Origin: Phyllosticta citribraziliensis
Lineage: Eukaryota
Direction: 5' to 3'
Length of the DNA stretch: 64,000 bases
Assembly (NCBI RefSeq): GCF_038025025.1
Contig: NW_027117348.1
Span: forward strand, 1,178,001-1,242,000
Shown here: one piece after another, positions 1-12,228 of the stretch
Numbering within the stretch: position 1 is the first letter of the stretch
Layout: every line of letters starts with the position of its first letter
Position numbers and translations under genes: made by a program
Notes under the pieces: generated by a model
What the model saw: only the letters and a program-made list of their open reading frames with translations
The model's database searches: none
What the model was told of the DNA's origin: nothing

Positions 1-48
1 TTTCACCATATTCCAAACTTTCCAACCCACAGACTTGCTGCATGGTCC

Positions 49-1692
49 TCACGCGGCGCCAGCATTGTTCTTCTTCTCTTGCCGCCAACCACCGAGACGG
101 CCAATTGCCTCCTTTGCCAATTCGTCGTCTCCCAGCTCTTGCGTCAGATGAGCCTCCAGGTCAGCCCAAAAAGCGTCACTGCCTAGCTTCTCTTGGCCGG
201 AGAGACGCGGTTGTTTTGCGCTTGGAGCAACATCTTCAGAATCGCTCGACTCCCTCTTAATTCCGCCGGAGAAGGACAGGTTGGAAGCCTGTTGGTCACT
301 CGACCTCGTGTTGTCGTCTTGGGCTTTGAGCTTGCCCTTGCCTTTGTTACCGACTTGCTCATTTTCAGGCCCGTTGTCTCTATTCCCGCCAGTTGAGATG
401 CCGGCACTGGCGTTGTTTTGATAGTTTTCGGTTCCGTTTTCGACCCCCTTTGCGGCATCGTCACGAGCTCGCCGTAGGTGCTTTTCAACTTCCTCTTTTC
501 CGTTGTATTCGTCGTCCTCGGTGAACAGCCCTGGGTATAGCGCGCGCAATTTTTCCAGGCGTCGAGCTTTGCCCGTTCCCGTCTCCTGGCCTCCGCGCTC
601 TCGCTTATTTCCTCCTTGGTTGGAGTGGGGCCGATCGCTTTGCTGGGGCGCAAATTCACTGTCGTCGGAGTCTCCGTAGACGCCCTCGGAGTCATCCCCA
701 GAAAATTCGGGGGTATTTGGGAAGAGTTCTTCGCCATCCTCAGGGGTATTAAGGGAGAAATCTTCTCCTTCATCAGGGGAACTGGGGGGAAAGCCTTTTC
801 CATCATTCCCGGTCTCGTAATCTCTCTCTTCCTCTGCCAAAATCTCCGGTAGCTCATCCCATGGCACATCCCTTTCGAAAACCACGATCGGATCTTCGCG
901 CTTGCGCAAGTCTTCCCTGAATGGAGACCAGAGAACCCGATGCCCTTTATCCTCCAGCAATTCTTGAGTCTCATGATTGACCAAACGCTCGCGTGCGCGG
1001 ACCTCTGCTTTTTCCCACAATTTCCGAGCTGCTCGATAGTGTACGGTTCTGATCTTGTGGAGTCGAATCCAGTAAATGAGGTTCAACTCATCATCCTTGA
1101 TCAAATGCTTGTATGCCAAGAGTGAACGCTGTACTGACCACGGCACTGCGCGCATCTGTCTCCCCCAGGCTCGAAGAAAGAAACCTCTGGCGAGCACTAT
1201 GTTGTCTCGTGACTCGACACATTCGATCCATCCGGCTTCTCGGATCGCCGATGGTTCGCATCCAGCCCAGAGACTTTTGCACTTCTGTCGCGTTTGCATC
1301 CAGATTGGACTAAGTGCTTCGTCGATGGCATCCTGGATCTTTTGCCGAAAGTAACGGGGAACATTCCAGAACTTCAACTCGTTGGGAAATCCTGAGGGTA
1401 GTTGCGACCACGCCTCTATCTCCTGGCGGAGCTGCAATCGTCTATGAATAAGGTGTGAAAAGCCATCAGAATCATCTTCGAAGACTTGTTGAGGAGGCGT
1501 GTCAGATGCTGCAACAAGTTCGCGAAAGAAACGCCGCGTACTCCAATTCCTAACCTCCTTCAATTCGAGCAGTAAGTCTCGTAGTCGTTCTTTGAGAATT
1601 TCTCCGGAGTCCCCGTAGTTGTCCACTTGGCTAAACGGAGGACGGTCTAATACCCGCGACTCAGAAGCCCGTCGTTTGCTGCGCAGAGGCAT
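49..1692 (-). CDS. Hypothetical protein (547 aa) with acidic low-complexity C-terminal half
   Basis: Long single ORF with ATG start. No family motif recognised. Confidence 0.55.
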   Translation of the reverse strand: MPLRSKRRASESRVLDRPPFSQVDNYGDSGEILKERLRDLLLELKEVRNWSTRRFFRELVAASDTPPQQVFEDDSDGFSHLIHRRLQLRQEIEAWSQLPSGFPNELKFWNVPRYFRQKIQDAIDEALSPIWMQTRQKCKSLWAGCEPSAIREAGWIECVESRDNIVLARGFFLRAWGRQMRAVPWSVQRSLLAYKHLIKDDELNLIYWIRLHKIRTVHYRAARKLWEKAEVRARERLVNHETQELLEDKGHRVLWSPFREDLRKREDPIVVFERDVPWDELPEILAEEERDYETGNDGKGFPPSSPDEGEDFSLNTPEDGEELFPNTPEFSGDDSEGVYGDSDDSEFAPQQSDRPHSNQGGNKRERGGQETGTGKARRLEKLRALYPGLFTEDDEYNGKEEVEKHLRRARDDAAKGVENGTENYQNNASAGISTGGNRDNGPENEQVGNKGKGKLKAQDDNTRSSDQQASNLSFSGGIKRESSDSEDVAPSAKQPRLSGQEKLGSDAFWADLEAHLTQELGDDELAKEAIGRLGGWRQEKKNNAGAA

Positions 1693-2222
1693 CGAAAGAG
1701 GACGAACGATTTAGCGCAAGGTAGATAAGGATGCGATGCGCCTCTGAAGGAAAATTGGTGATTTGTAAGATCTGGCAACAAATCTAGACAAATCAAGGAG
1801 CACAGTAGCCACAAAATTGAATGACCATTAAGGACTTGAGAGTGACGCTCGATCTCGCGCTGTTATGGAGGTGAAGTAAGAGTTGATTTTTGAAGGTCGC
1901 AGGCTTCGCAAAGCAATGGTCTTGTTACGTGGGGTTTTCGAAAGGGCGACGGGTTTGACGATAGGAGTGAAGGTTTGCGAGCGAGCGAGGTGGGTGGGAG
2001 ACGGGTTGACTATGACAGCTCGTCGTTGTGCTCCGTAGATGAGCGCTTAAGGGCGTATAGCTGCGCCTATCCGTGGCGGTGAAGCTGATTAATCAGTCAT
2101 CATCAGTTGTTAGTCGTCAAAACCGTAACACGCGGGGTAGAAGAAAAAGTGGAACTTTTGTATACCCGCGACTCAAAAACCTGTCGTTTGCTGCGCAAAG
2201 GCATCGAAAGGGGACGAATGAT
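1650..2222 (+). repeat. Imperfect 61-bp direct repeat (1650-1710 and 2162-2222) covering the start of the 547-aa ORF
   Basis: atacccgcgactcagaagcccgtcgtttgctgcgcagaggcatcgaaagaggacgaacgat vs atacccgcgactcaaaaacctgtcgtttgctgcgcaaaggcatcgaaaggggacgaatgat; 6 differences, all transitions. Confidence 0.85.
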
Positions 2223-3992
2223 CCAGGGGCGGCCAGGCGTGGAAATCGGCAGGTGCTCGATTGGTTGAATTGCGAGTTGTCGATTACATGGCCCCCGGCG
2301 AAGTAAGCAACTATCCCTGAAGAAACTATTCGAAGCTCCTCCGAGCGCTGCCCACACACAGCTGCTCCTCCCGATAAGCCCCCTAAGATCTGAGAGTAGC
2401 AGCCGCCTCCGACAGCCAGACCGGGCGAAGCTGCAATGGCCTGAGTATGTAGTAGTTGATTGAGTCCGACCTGTTTTTGAGACGCGATAAGCCTGCCACT
2501 AGACGCGTCAAGACGGCCGCCGACGGCGAGCTGATTCCTGTTGTTGTGCCAAGACTGATATGTCTAAGGAGATGTCAGCAAACTCACTACCACACCCCAC
2601 CCCCAATAGCAGCCAGTCCTCACCCACATCAACCCAACATCTCTTTCGATCCAAAACCGCTCCGCATACTGCTCAGCCATAGTAAGCACCCTCATCCTCA
2701 TGCTCACCGTTCTCGTCCATCATAATCATCTCATCATCGCCGTTTGGACCGCACGAAACTGCTTCCACACTGCCTGTATCCAGCATCAGCCATAGCACGC
2801 AGACAGACCGAAAGAGTTCCACATACCACACCACGCACAGTGCCGCAGAGGGCGAGCGAGCTGCAAGTGCGAAAGGCGAACCACTGCCTCTGTGCGTTGA
2901 TGCGGCGCCATTCTACAAAGTAGAAAGCTCCAGCAGTGTTTGTGGTGCACCCTTTCCACGCGCGAAGGTTGTAGAAAACGACCAACAGGCCAACGACGAA
3001 GTTGCACAGACAACAAACACAGCCCAGCCTGCAGAAAAAGGAGCATCCAGCATATGTCAATCAATCAATCAATTACCTATCACTCATTCTTTTTTACCCA
3101 ACTCCAATCCAGCACCACTACCACCGCTCCACTCTTCGCATCACCAAACGAGACGAAGACGACGACGGCGACGATGGCAACGCCAACGCGCAGCTCGACT
3201 ACTCCAACGCTCCGCCCCGCTCCAAGCCATCTGTCGTCCGCCCATCGCATAAATGCCCGGACGCGCACGCAAAAAGGCAAAGAACCAAAGCCAGATGAGA
3301 CGAAACCAATGACTAAACGAGATGAAAGACAAATCGATTGATTGAAGGGAAAAAGGAGTCCATGAATTCATCAAGACGAGCAGTCAAACGGAAGAGGAAA
3401 AAAGAGCAGAAAAAGCAGATCAGCCCATCCCGCGCACGTGCGCCGCTTGCCTCCACGTGCATTACCTTGACCGTAAAAAGGCTCTTGCAATGCAAGGCCA
3501 GTGACAACAGAAGCAGAGGGCGGTGTATTATTAAGGTGTATGCGAATAGTCGTGTACGAGAAAAGGGCCCAGTCGAAGCCGCCGAATCTGCAGCGGCCAA
3601 ACGGGAAAAGCGCCGTGAGACGCCATGGGGCAGGAAAAAGAGCAGACCGAAACTCCCTTGAGCAAAAGAGGGGCACCGCCTCAGACCCAGGGAAAAACGC
3701 TGATGCCGATGATGCTGGAACCGGGAAAATGTGGTATACTGATGCCAGAAGACACGCAAGACTCCGTTTTCCGTCCAGAAGCAAAGGGGAAAGAAGAGTC
3801 GTGGTACTCGTGAATGCCGTGCCGTTGCCGTATGCAAGGTGTAGAATATGTGTGGTGGAAAGGTAAAGTCTATGTTGTGGCCCGCACCCCGTGTTAGACG
3901 TAGACCCCAATGCTATGCAGGTGCGCCAAGAGTAAAGTAATCGTAGAGCGCAGCGGGATGTCCAGTCGCTGCAGGTGGGAGAATAAGGAGCC

Positions 3993-6900
3993 CTAACCGC
4001 CGTACGGACGGTACATGCTGTGATGCGGATGGTAGCCGTGTGGCGGCAAGATTGCCTGAGAGTACCAGTGAAGAGAGGATCCTGGGGCGATTGGGTGGAT
4101 TGCAGGGTGGAGCTGGGATGAACTGGGTTGCATGGGTTGCAGAGAGGGAGGCGGAGGGCGCGGTCGATGCGGAGCTGACGCCATTGGGGGCAGTCCACCT
4201 CCAACCTGTGGTAGATGGTGTTGGGCGCGCTCCATTGCGTTGACGGCTCTCGAATCCAGGTGCGACGAGGGAAACATGTCAGACATTAGCTGAGGCGGCA
4301 AAGTCGTGGGTCTCGACTGGTTGTTATTCATGTAGTTTGCCGGTGGGTTTTGCTGGCGGTATTGGGTAATGGTCTGCTTTGCGGGACGGGTGTTGAGCTT
4401 GTGCTGATGGGCGACGCTGGCGAGCGTCTGGAGAGGAACCATTTCCGTCTTGAACGGCTCCTCCAATTCTGGAAAGAGCTTGTTGAAGGCGTCCATGGCC
4501 TTTTGGCCGCTCTTTTGCAGTGCCAGCGTGACCTCGTCATCGCTCGGGAGGGCAAACATGTCCTTGGGCCACCTGCAAGAATCCGACTGGTGGTGGAGCA
4601 CAAAGTGTCGGATCATTTCGGCGCGAGAGCTGGGCATTTTGGCATAGTTTTTGCCGCCACGAGTCTTGCCATCGGTAGACTTGCGACAGACGCCGCAGCA
4701 CATTTTGTCAAAAATGTCGTGGTTGTTGCTGCTCATGAGCCAGGCGTCGACGTCGAATCGGAGAATGGGGAAATCAGGGACAGCCGACTCGCCATTGGCC
4801 TTTTTGACCAGGCGATCTCCGTACTCGACGATAAGTCTGCTTTTGACAGGCGCACTCAATCCCGTATCCTCAAGTACCGTCAGAGCATCCTTGACGTTGC
4901 CCAGAAAGTCGCTTGGACCGCTCGACACTCCGTTCTCAATCGAATCATGGGAGCAAACGCCCCTCCTCACAAACACCGACTGAACCTTGCCAAAGTTTTG
5001 CGGCGTGGGAAGACTTTCCGAGCCGTACTCGGGCTCTCCGTCCGCATCCCATCCGCCTGTAGACTTTTGGTTGTCCGTGAGGGCTGGAAGATTGCGTGGC
5101 CAGGGGACGCCGTTCAGAAAGGGTTCCGGCTTTGATCCTGCCAGACGAAATATTTGAAAGTCGCCAATCGTCACTGCATGGTCCTCGCGAATGTGGTTCA
5201 TGAGCTGTCGAAAAGTCCGTTGCTTGCTGACGTCATTTCGCTTGCAGCCAGGACACTTGAACTTTTGGACGTTGCGGGTCGGCGGACGGAATTCGGAATA
5301 AATGTCCGACAGGAGAGGGCCGATGCGCTGCTCGTAGACCTTGCAGGCATGCTCGACGGTGAGGACGTACTTGCCGTTGCGCGGATACACTTCTGCAAAG
5401 GGCGAATCAAGCGGCATTTGGGACTGCAAATTGTTCAGAGTCTCGCCGGCAATGGCTCGCACCTTGTTGAGGATGCGGAGCGCAAACTCTTGGTGGCCCA
5501 TTTCCTTCTTGTGAGCCTCGTCGATGACGGCCTTGGAGCAGTCGTCCGTGAATGAATTGATCATGCGGAGGGCATCCATCGAGTTCAACGCCTGGATGTG
5601 TGGCACTCTGTTTTCCCAGTACCCCATTTGCGCCGCACGCCTCTCCATGGCCACCACCTTTTCAGCCTCGGGACGGGCCTCCTCGAGCTTCGTCTTCAAG
5701 ACCTTCCAGAATTTTTCCGTCTTGAATTCCTTGTTGATCTTGATGTTATCTTGATACGCAGGAATGAGATTCAAGACATCCTCGGTCATGGGCGGATCCA
5801 GCTGGGCAGCCTTGCGGATAATGTACTCTTTGCGCAGGGTTTTGAGGTCGGAGCTCTTTGCGGCGCGCACGGCAATCCACTTCTTCTCAAACTTGTCAAT
5901 CTCGTACCGCTCGTCCATCAGAGCCTCCAGCTTTGCCTTGCGCTCTTTTATGTACGCCGTCTGCTCCTCGACCACTTGCTCGGAGGTGAGGTTCCGTTGT
6001 CCGAGAGCAATGACGAAATCGGCATAGGCCTTGGAGGTGGTGCTCAGGTCTTCCTTGAGGTAGACGGGCTGGTTGCCCGACGTGCGCGAGCGGCCATCGT
6101 CGTCGCCCCATCCGGCATACGAGTAGTGATTCCACGAGTCGACGGTGGCGCACGGAATGGTTTCCAGCATGCCGGGAAACTTTTGGTTGTAGGCAAAGCA
6201 ATCGTCTTGCTGCTGGGTGTTAGCTTGGACGACGGCATAAAAGTGAGACGCACCTTGATTATTTTTTCACCAAAGCACTTTGTGCACCAGCGGCGCAAAA
6301 AGGCCCAGTACGTCTTGCGGGCCTTGGGCTCGCGGCAGGACATGCAGCCCTGTCCAGAGAGCAAGTCGGTGTATTGGCGGTCGGTGATGCCAGAGGGCGT
6401 GGGCGGAAGGTTGGGCCCAAAATGGTGACGCATGGCGTGCCTCCAAATATGGCTGTAGCCAAGCGCCTGGCGGAACTCGGACGAGACCTTTTCGTAGGTG
6501 AAGAGCATGGCCGGATCGCTGAGCTCAAAGATGCGCTTCCACACGTCTTGGTAGACGGGCGTGTGGACGCGGCGGTCCTTGCGTATCCTCGTGGGGCCAT
6601 TGGCCTTGGACGACTTGTGCTTCTTGGCAGGCGGCGGAGTGGGCGCTTCCCTCGTGATGGCTCGCTTGCCGAGGACGGAGGGCTCGGGTGGGTGGTTAGG
6701 AGGACGGGCGACCTGGGGCTCGACCTTGAAGGCCAGGACTCCGTGATCGTCGCGCATGGTGTAGAGGTAGTGGTTTCCTTGGACCTGGGAGAGCCAGACG
6801 CCGGAGCGTTCGTCGTGGTAGGTGGAGGGGTTGAAGAAGTAGTTTGGTCGGAGGGTGTGGGTTGGGATTTCAAGCCAGGCGCCTGCCGAGTCGTTGACGA

Positions 6901-7069
6901 AGAGGCGGCCGTTGTGCCATTGGGATTGCCAGTTGGCGACGACGGGTGCGGCAGGAGAGAGGGCGGACGGTGGGCGCTGGGGGGCAATGGTGCGCAGGGA
7001 GGGAGGTTCGGCGGCTTCGCAATAGGGTTGCGGATGCGCACTGGCATCGGCGGAGCGATACAACTGCAT
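3993..7069 (-). CDS. F-box-like protein with Cys/His zinc-binding motifs, ~1010 aa; exons 7069-6254 and 6209-3993
   Basis: F-box-like segment VYQDVWKRIFELSDPAMLFTYEKVSSEF, followed by IW...CMSC...W.FLRRWCTKC. A GT...GCTAAC...CAG intron (6253-6210) joins the 341-aa and 725-aa ORFs in frame. C2H2-like CPGC...HIREDH lies downstream. Confidence 0.75.
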
Positions 7070-7841
7070 GTTGGACGACGCCCTACGGCCACGGAGCAGC
7101 GCTTCTCATGAGCGGGGGTTGAGATCAAGGGCGGGCGACTCGCGGCGGACGGGGGCAGCGAGCGGGCCCCGTCGTCGGCGAGAGACGAGCGTGAGTGGCG
7201 AGAGGCGGCGGAGACGGGGATGGGACGAGGGCGAGGGCGAGCAGCAGCCGTGGGCGGAGGACATGCGGACTGGGCGCTGCCGTGGTGGTGTGGTGTTGTG
7301 TCGAGAGTGAGGTGTGGGAGACGGACGAAGCCAACCCAAGGAAGGGCACCTCAGCGGCTGCGGCCCAGGATCGGCAGATGCGGGCTTGTAACCGCAGGAC
7401 CGGGCGCGAACAAAATAATAACCCAAAACTCGAGTCGCAAAAATTGCAGCCGACAAATTTTTGGAGCGGAGCATTACACAGGCCGTTGCGACCTGATTCG
7501 GCGCTGCTCGGTGTTTGCGCATCGCCTCTCAGGTCAGGTCCAGGTCCATCGTCATGTCCGTCACGCCTTGTCGTCGGGTCATGGGCCAGTCGCTCACCTC
7601 AACCGACCCGACCTCGACCCGACCCCGGATCCCTGTGCGTGTGGGGATGCGCCGTCTCGCTCGGTCATGACTGGACGCGGAGACCAAAAGCACAACCAAC
7701 TTCACCTCGGACACCGCTCTCCCCAGCGCTAACCACTCGCCGTGCTGCGACCTCGGGCAATAAATCCATCATGACTGCGCGCCTCTGTCCCACCGTCTCT
7801 CCTCCTCGCCCTCGTCCTCGTCCCTCCATCCTCCGCCCACC

Positions 7842-9744
7842 ATGACCCTGACCATGACCCATCCTGGCGCCCCAGAGAGTGCGTTATGTTATGCTGCTCT
7901 ACCACGCCTGCATCCGCCAGCTGACCGCTTTGCAGAGTTCAGTCATGGCTCTCCACCGTCGCCCGCCGTCGAGTACGACGAGGACCTCCGAGTCTGCTGT
8001 CCGCCGCACACCACCGAGCGCAAGCTCGTCGCCCGCATAGACCTGCGCGTCATTCCCTTGCTGTGTCTCATGTACCTGTTGGCCTTTTTGGACCGGTGCG
8101 CCTCTTGTCCTCCTCCTTCCGCCCCCGCTAAGCCCTGCCAGCGTCAACATTGCCAATGCCAACAGCTTCGGCCTTTCCGAGGAGCTTGGCCTCGCCAGCA
8201 AGAACAGCATCAAGTACAACACTGCGCTCGTCATCTTCTTCGTCCCCTACATTCTCTTTGAGATTCCCAGCAACATCTTGATGAAGAAGCTCAAGCCCAA
8301 CGTCTGGCGTACGTACCGTCTATTTTTTGATATTTTGCCCGCCAAACACGCCCTCTAGGCGCGGGTCCACCACGGTACACTAGCCGTCCAGACGCGATCC
8401 TCTTGGAAGCTCGAGCTCCACCCACTAATTCGCACGCAGTCTCTGGCTGCATGTTCCTCTTTGGCCTAGTCACCGTCTGCCAAGGTTTGGTCCAAAACTA
8501 TGCCGGTCTGCTCGCTACTCGTGAGATGTCCACCACATGGCTTTTGGTCGATATTAACTTTGCGCAGGCTTCTTCCTCGGCTTATGCGAGACGGGCATGT
8601 TTCCTGGGTGCTTCTACCTCATAGGAATGTGGTACCGCCGCCACGAAGCCCAGCGCCGCTACAGCTTCTTCTTTAGCAGCACCACCCTGGCCGGAGCGTT
8701 CGGTGGCTTGCTCGCCTCGGCAATTGGCAAGATGGACGGCATGCGAGGCTATCGCGGTTGGCGGTGGTATGTTTGCCCTCTCTCCACCAAGCGTCTGCTC
8801 ACACTGCTCAGGATATTCATCCTCGAAGGAACACTGACCTGCGTCATCTCCCTATTTCTCTTCATGCTGCCGAATTTCCCAGAAGAGGCCAAGTGGCTCG
8901 GCGACGACGAGAGGGAGTACGTCAAGGCGCGCCTAGAAGTGGACCAGGGCCGCTCCGCCGTTGAGCGCCGCATCACGCTGCGCGACGTTGGCAACGTCTT
9001 CAAAGACCCCAAAGTGCTTGTCGGGGGTTTCATGTATTTTGGCCTCATTGTTCCTGCGTACGGGTACGTAACGAATACGAATGGTCCAGACGCGCCACCG
9101 GCTGCTGACCACGAGGCTAACACGGACGCGCCGCGTGCAGATATGCCTACTTTTCGCCGGCCATCCTCAAGACGTACGGCTACTCACCCATCCAGACGCA
9201 GCTACACTCGGTGCCGCCGTGGGCCGCCGCTTTTGTCTTTGCCATGCTCGTCGCGTGGTGCTCGGACAAGCTCAGACATCGCTTTGCCTTTGCCGTCTTG
9301 CCCATCTTGGTCGCCATTGCCGGCTTTGCCATGCTGCTCTCGGAGCCTCCTAGCGCGACGAACAACAAGACGCAGTACGCGGCGCTCTTCCTGGTCGCCA
9401 TGGGCTGCTACTCGGCCATGCCCATCATCGTCTGCTGGTTCGTCATGAACCTCGGCGGCCACCACCGGCGTGCCGTCGGCAGCGCGTGGCAGGTCGGCTT
9501 TGGCAATACCGGCGGCATCATCGCCGTGTTTTCGTTTCTGACCAAGGACGCCCCGCGCTACGTCCCCGGTTACAGCATATGCATCGCCTTTTGCTGTCTC
9601 AGCTTGCTGAGCATTGCCGTCTACGGCGCCATGGTTGCCCTGGAGAATCGCAGGAGAGAAAAGGCGACGCCGGATCTGGGGCTCACGGAGCACGAGAAGA
9701 CGGAGCTGGGAGACTTGTCTCCGGATTACCGCTACCTCATCTAA
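7842..9744 (+). CDS. MFS transporter, allantoate/nicotinate permease (ACS) type; exons 7842-8095, 8142-8308, 8440-8520, 8568-8766, 8812-9063, 9141-9744
   Basis: Motifs RKLVARIDLRVIPLL...LAFLDR-VNIANA, FEIPSN, RFFLGLCETGMFPG, GWRWIFILEG and VGFGN. Five canonical GT-AG introns keep the frame. Start codon uncertain. Confidence 0.9.
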
Positions 9745-9844
9745 CCAAAAGCACGTCAGAGCGTTTTCCTGACAGACCAATTTGTATACTGTTTAAGTAT
9801 GTATATTCACACAGTATCTGGTTGTGAACCATGCCTGCTATCCT

Positions 9845-10611
9845 TTAACTGACAATGTCCCGCCACCCCTCGCCCTCCTTCTCCTGAATCACCCCCTCCG
9901 CCACCATCTTCCTGATGCTCTCGATGCTCTTCTCCACCGCCATCTTGGCCATGGCGTCGTGCTTGGCCTGCAGCTTTGCTATCTCGTCGCTTGCGTCGGC
10001 CGACAGCTCGGGGTGCCGCCATTCGAAGATGTAGGTGAGGTACCTGTGTGGTGCGTTAGTTGGGATGGCGATGGAAAGAGAGTGTTGGGAGGACGGGAGG
10101 GAGACGTACAAATCATCCTGCCCTCCGGCGCCGGTGCTGATCAGATTCGTAATCGTGCTGCCGTCGGGCTGCTGGAAGTCGACCTGCGCGCGCGCGTCAG
10201 TCACGGCCTCATCGTCTCATCATCATCACCCCTCCTCTCCTCCTCCCTCTCCCCACCAACCTCTCCAACCCACCCAAAGAGAAAGAAACTAACCTTCCAC
10301 CCCCCCACCGCGACGCACCTCTCCCGCACCTCCCTGCCCTCTTTAAATCTAACCCACCTCTCCACCACCCTACCCCCCTGCTCTTCTCTCTCCACCTCGC
10401 ACGCGACGATCGCCGGCACGAAGTCCTGCGCCCGCCGCACCTTGCGCTGCAGCCCGGCCCACAGGTGCGCGTGGCTGAGGCGCGGGAAGGATGGCGAGGG
10501 CGGCGAGGAGGACATCGGGGTGCCGTTGCTGGAGGGCGTGGAGGAGGGGTTGTTGTTGTTGGTGGAGGCGTTGACGGGCGCCGTGTACGCTGTGTGGATT
10601 GTGATGGCCAT
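9845..10611 (-). CDS. DUF1857 / AtaL-like (SRPBCC-fold) protein; exons 10611-10294, 10183-10110, 10043-9845
   Basis: Family-typical LWAGLQRKVRRAQDFVPAIVACEV, N-terminal AYTAPVN and C-terminal LYLTYIFEW. Two GT-AG introns with branch sites. Confidence 0.8.
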
Positions 10612-12228
10612 GGTGGTGGTGTGGTGCGTTTGTTGGTTGAGTTGCGCGGTGCGGTAGACGAAGCGTTGATTGATCAATCCGAAGAAACGGTGGCAGGGCG
10701 GTTTATGGCGTCGTTGCTGTCGTCGTTGTCGTCTCAGCTCAATTCAGAGGGTCTGTCTGTCTGTCTGTCTGTCTGTCAAGCAAGGCACCGGCGCGAAATC
10801 TGGAAGCAAGGGGCGCAAGTACGGTAAAGCAGTCGACGCAGGCAGTGCAGGACCTCGCCCGTATTTGTAGACAGACATGGCTGGCTGGCTGGCCCCCAAG
10901 CCGATATATGTGGGGAAGCCCTATGTCGCGCTGACCCGATACACCATCATAGGCGGGAACAATCGTCGCCGTCGCCGGGAACTGCCCGCTACCCGCCTAG
11001 ACGATGGTGTGGAGCTGGGGGTTGGCTTGGGTGTGTTTGGATGGGGCTGCCTGACGCCGCAACGCAAGCCACACGGTGGCGGTGGTGCCTGAGCTGATTC
11101 GGGCGAAAGAAGACAATGGAAAAGAGAGAAGAGCGCGATGACGATGCTGGGAGCATGCGCGCGTGGTGGTGGGGCACCGACGCAACCAACGGCCGTGGCG
11201 GTCAATTGATTGATTGATTGGGCGCAAGCAAGCAAGCAAGTCGGCAGCCAGCCAGGTCGGGCGTCAAGGACCACCTCGATACATGTATGTACCTTCAGCC
11301 AGTCTCATTCGCTTTCCAGCCGAAGACCGAATCCGAGATGTGAGGCCTGGGTGGCGCGCAGTGCGGTGCGATTCAGCAGGTTGTAGGCCACAAGGTGACG
11401 AGGGAAACGGACAGTGACTTGCGTCATGGTGTTTTGGCCCTTTCCTGTGTGACCAGGGCTGCCGATTGCTTGTACTTTTGCGCCTGTCGTGCCTCCGTCG
11501 TGCGGTGCTGTCAACCACCATCCATGCCAGCCGCGCCGGGCGGGGCTGACATCCATGCGTGGGCAAGGAACCAGGGCGGACGCGCCCGCCGCGGACCTGT
11601 GTCCGATTTGCGTTGGGCCGGAGCGCTGCTAGGATGCTGGGTGGTTTGCTGGCTCTTGACGTGGAAAGGCTGTGAGAAGTGTATCGAGGAGGACTTGGTG
11701 AGTGAGCTGTGAGCGGCATCAACTCTTGATTCCTGATGCCTGAGACAAGACATTGCCATCTGCAGCTCATCAGTCTACTCCAAAAGACACCCAACCCAAA
11801 CCATCATCAGAACATTAAATCCGTCTTGGTATCAAATTCTAAGCAAATCTTGGTCTTTTGCGACCCAACAGATACATTATCATTCATAACCATTTACGCC
11901 TGGGCGGCCAGCCATCCGTAGATTCGACCATTCATTCATCCGCGCCCGAGAGCCCAATCCAAACCATCAAGCAAGCAAGCAAGCAAGCAAGCAAAGAGAG
12001 AGTTTGAACGCCGCCCTAGTGCCAGGGAGAATGCAAAGCAAAGGAGAGGAGAATGTGTGCAGAGCCATGCAAAAGAGACGCCGTCGTGGACCGTTGGCCT
12101 TGTATGAACGCTAGTGTACTTGATTCGAAGCCGTGCTGGCTGGTATCTCGCTCGAGTGTCGGAGAGCCTGACGAACCAGGACGGCCAAGTGGAAAAGTCG
12201 ACTGTGGTTGACCAGAAACGGTCCCGGC

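Noticed and set aside
2734..3900. Short ORFs between the orphan and the F-box gene
   Set aside because: No ATG-initiated, codon-biased model could be built. Likely UTR or intergenic.
9845..10611. AtaL-like gene next to an MFS transporter as a secondary-metabolite cluster
   Set aside because: No NRPS, PKS or tailoring enzymes in the window, and the neighbours are housekeeping genes.
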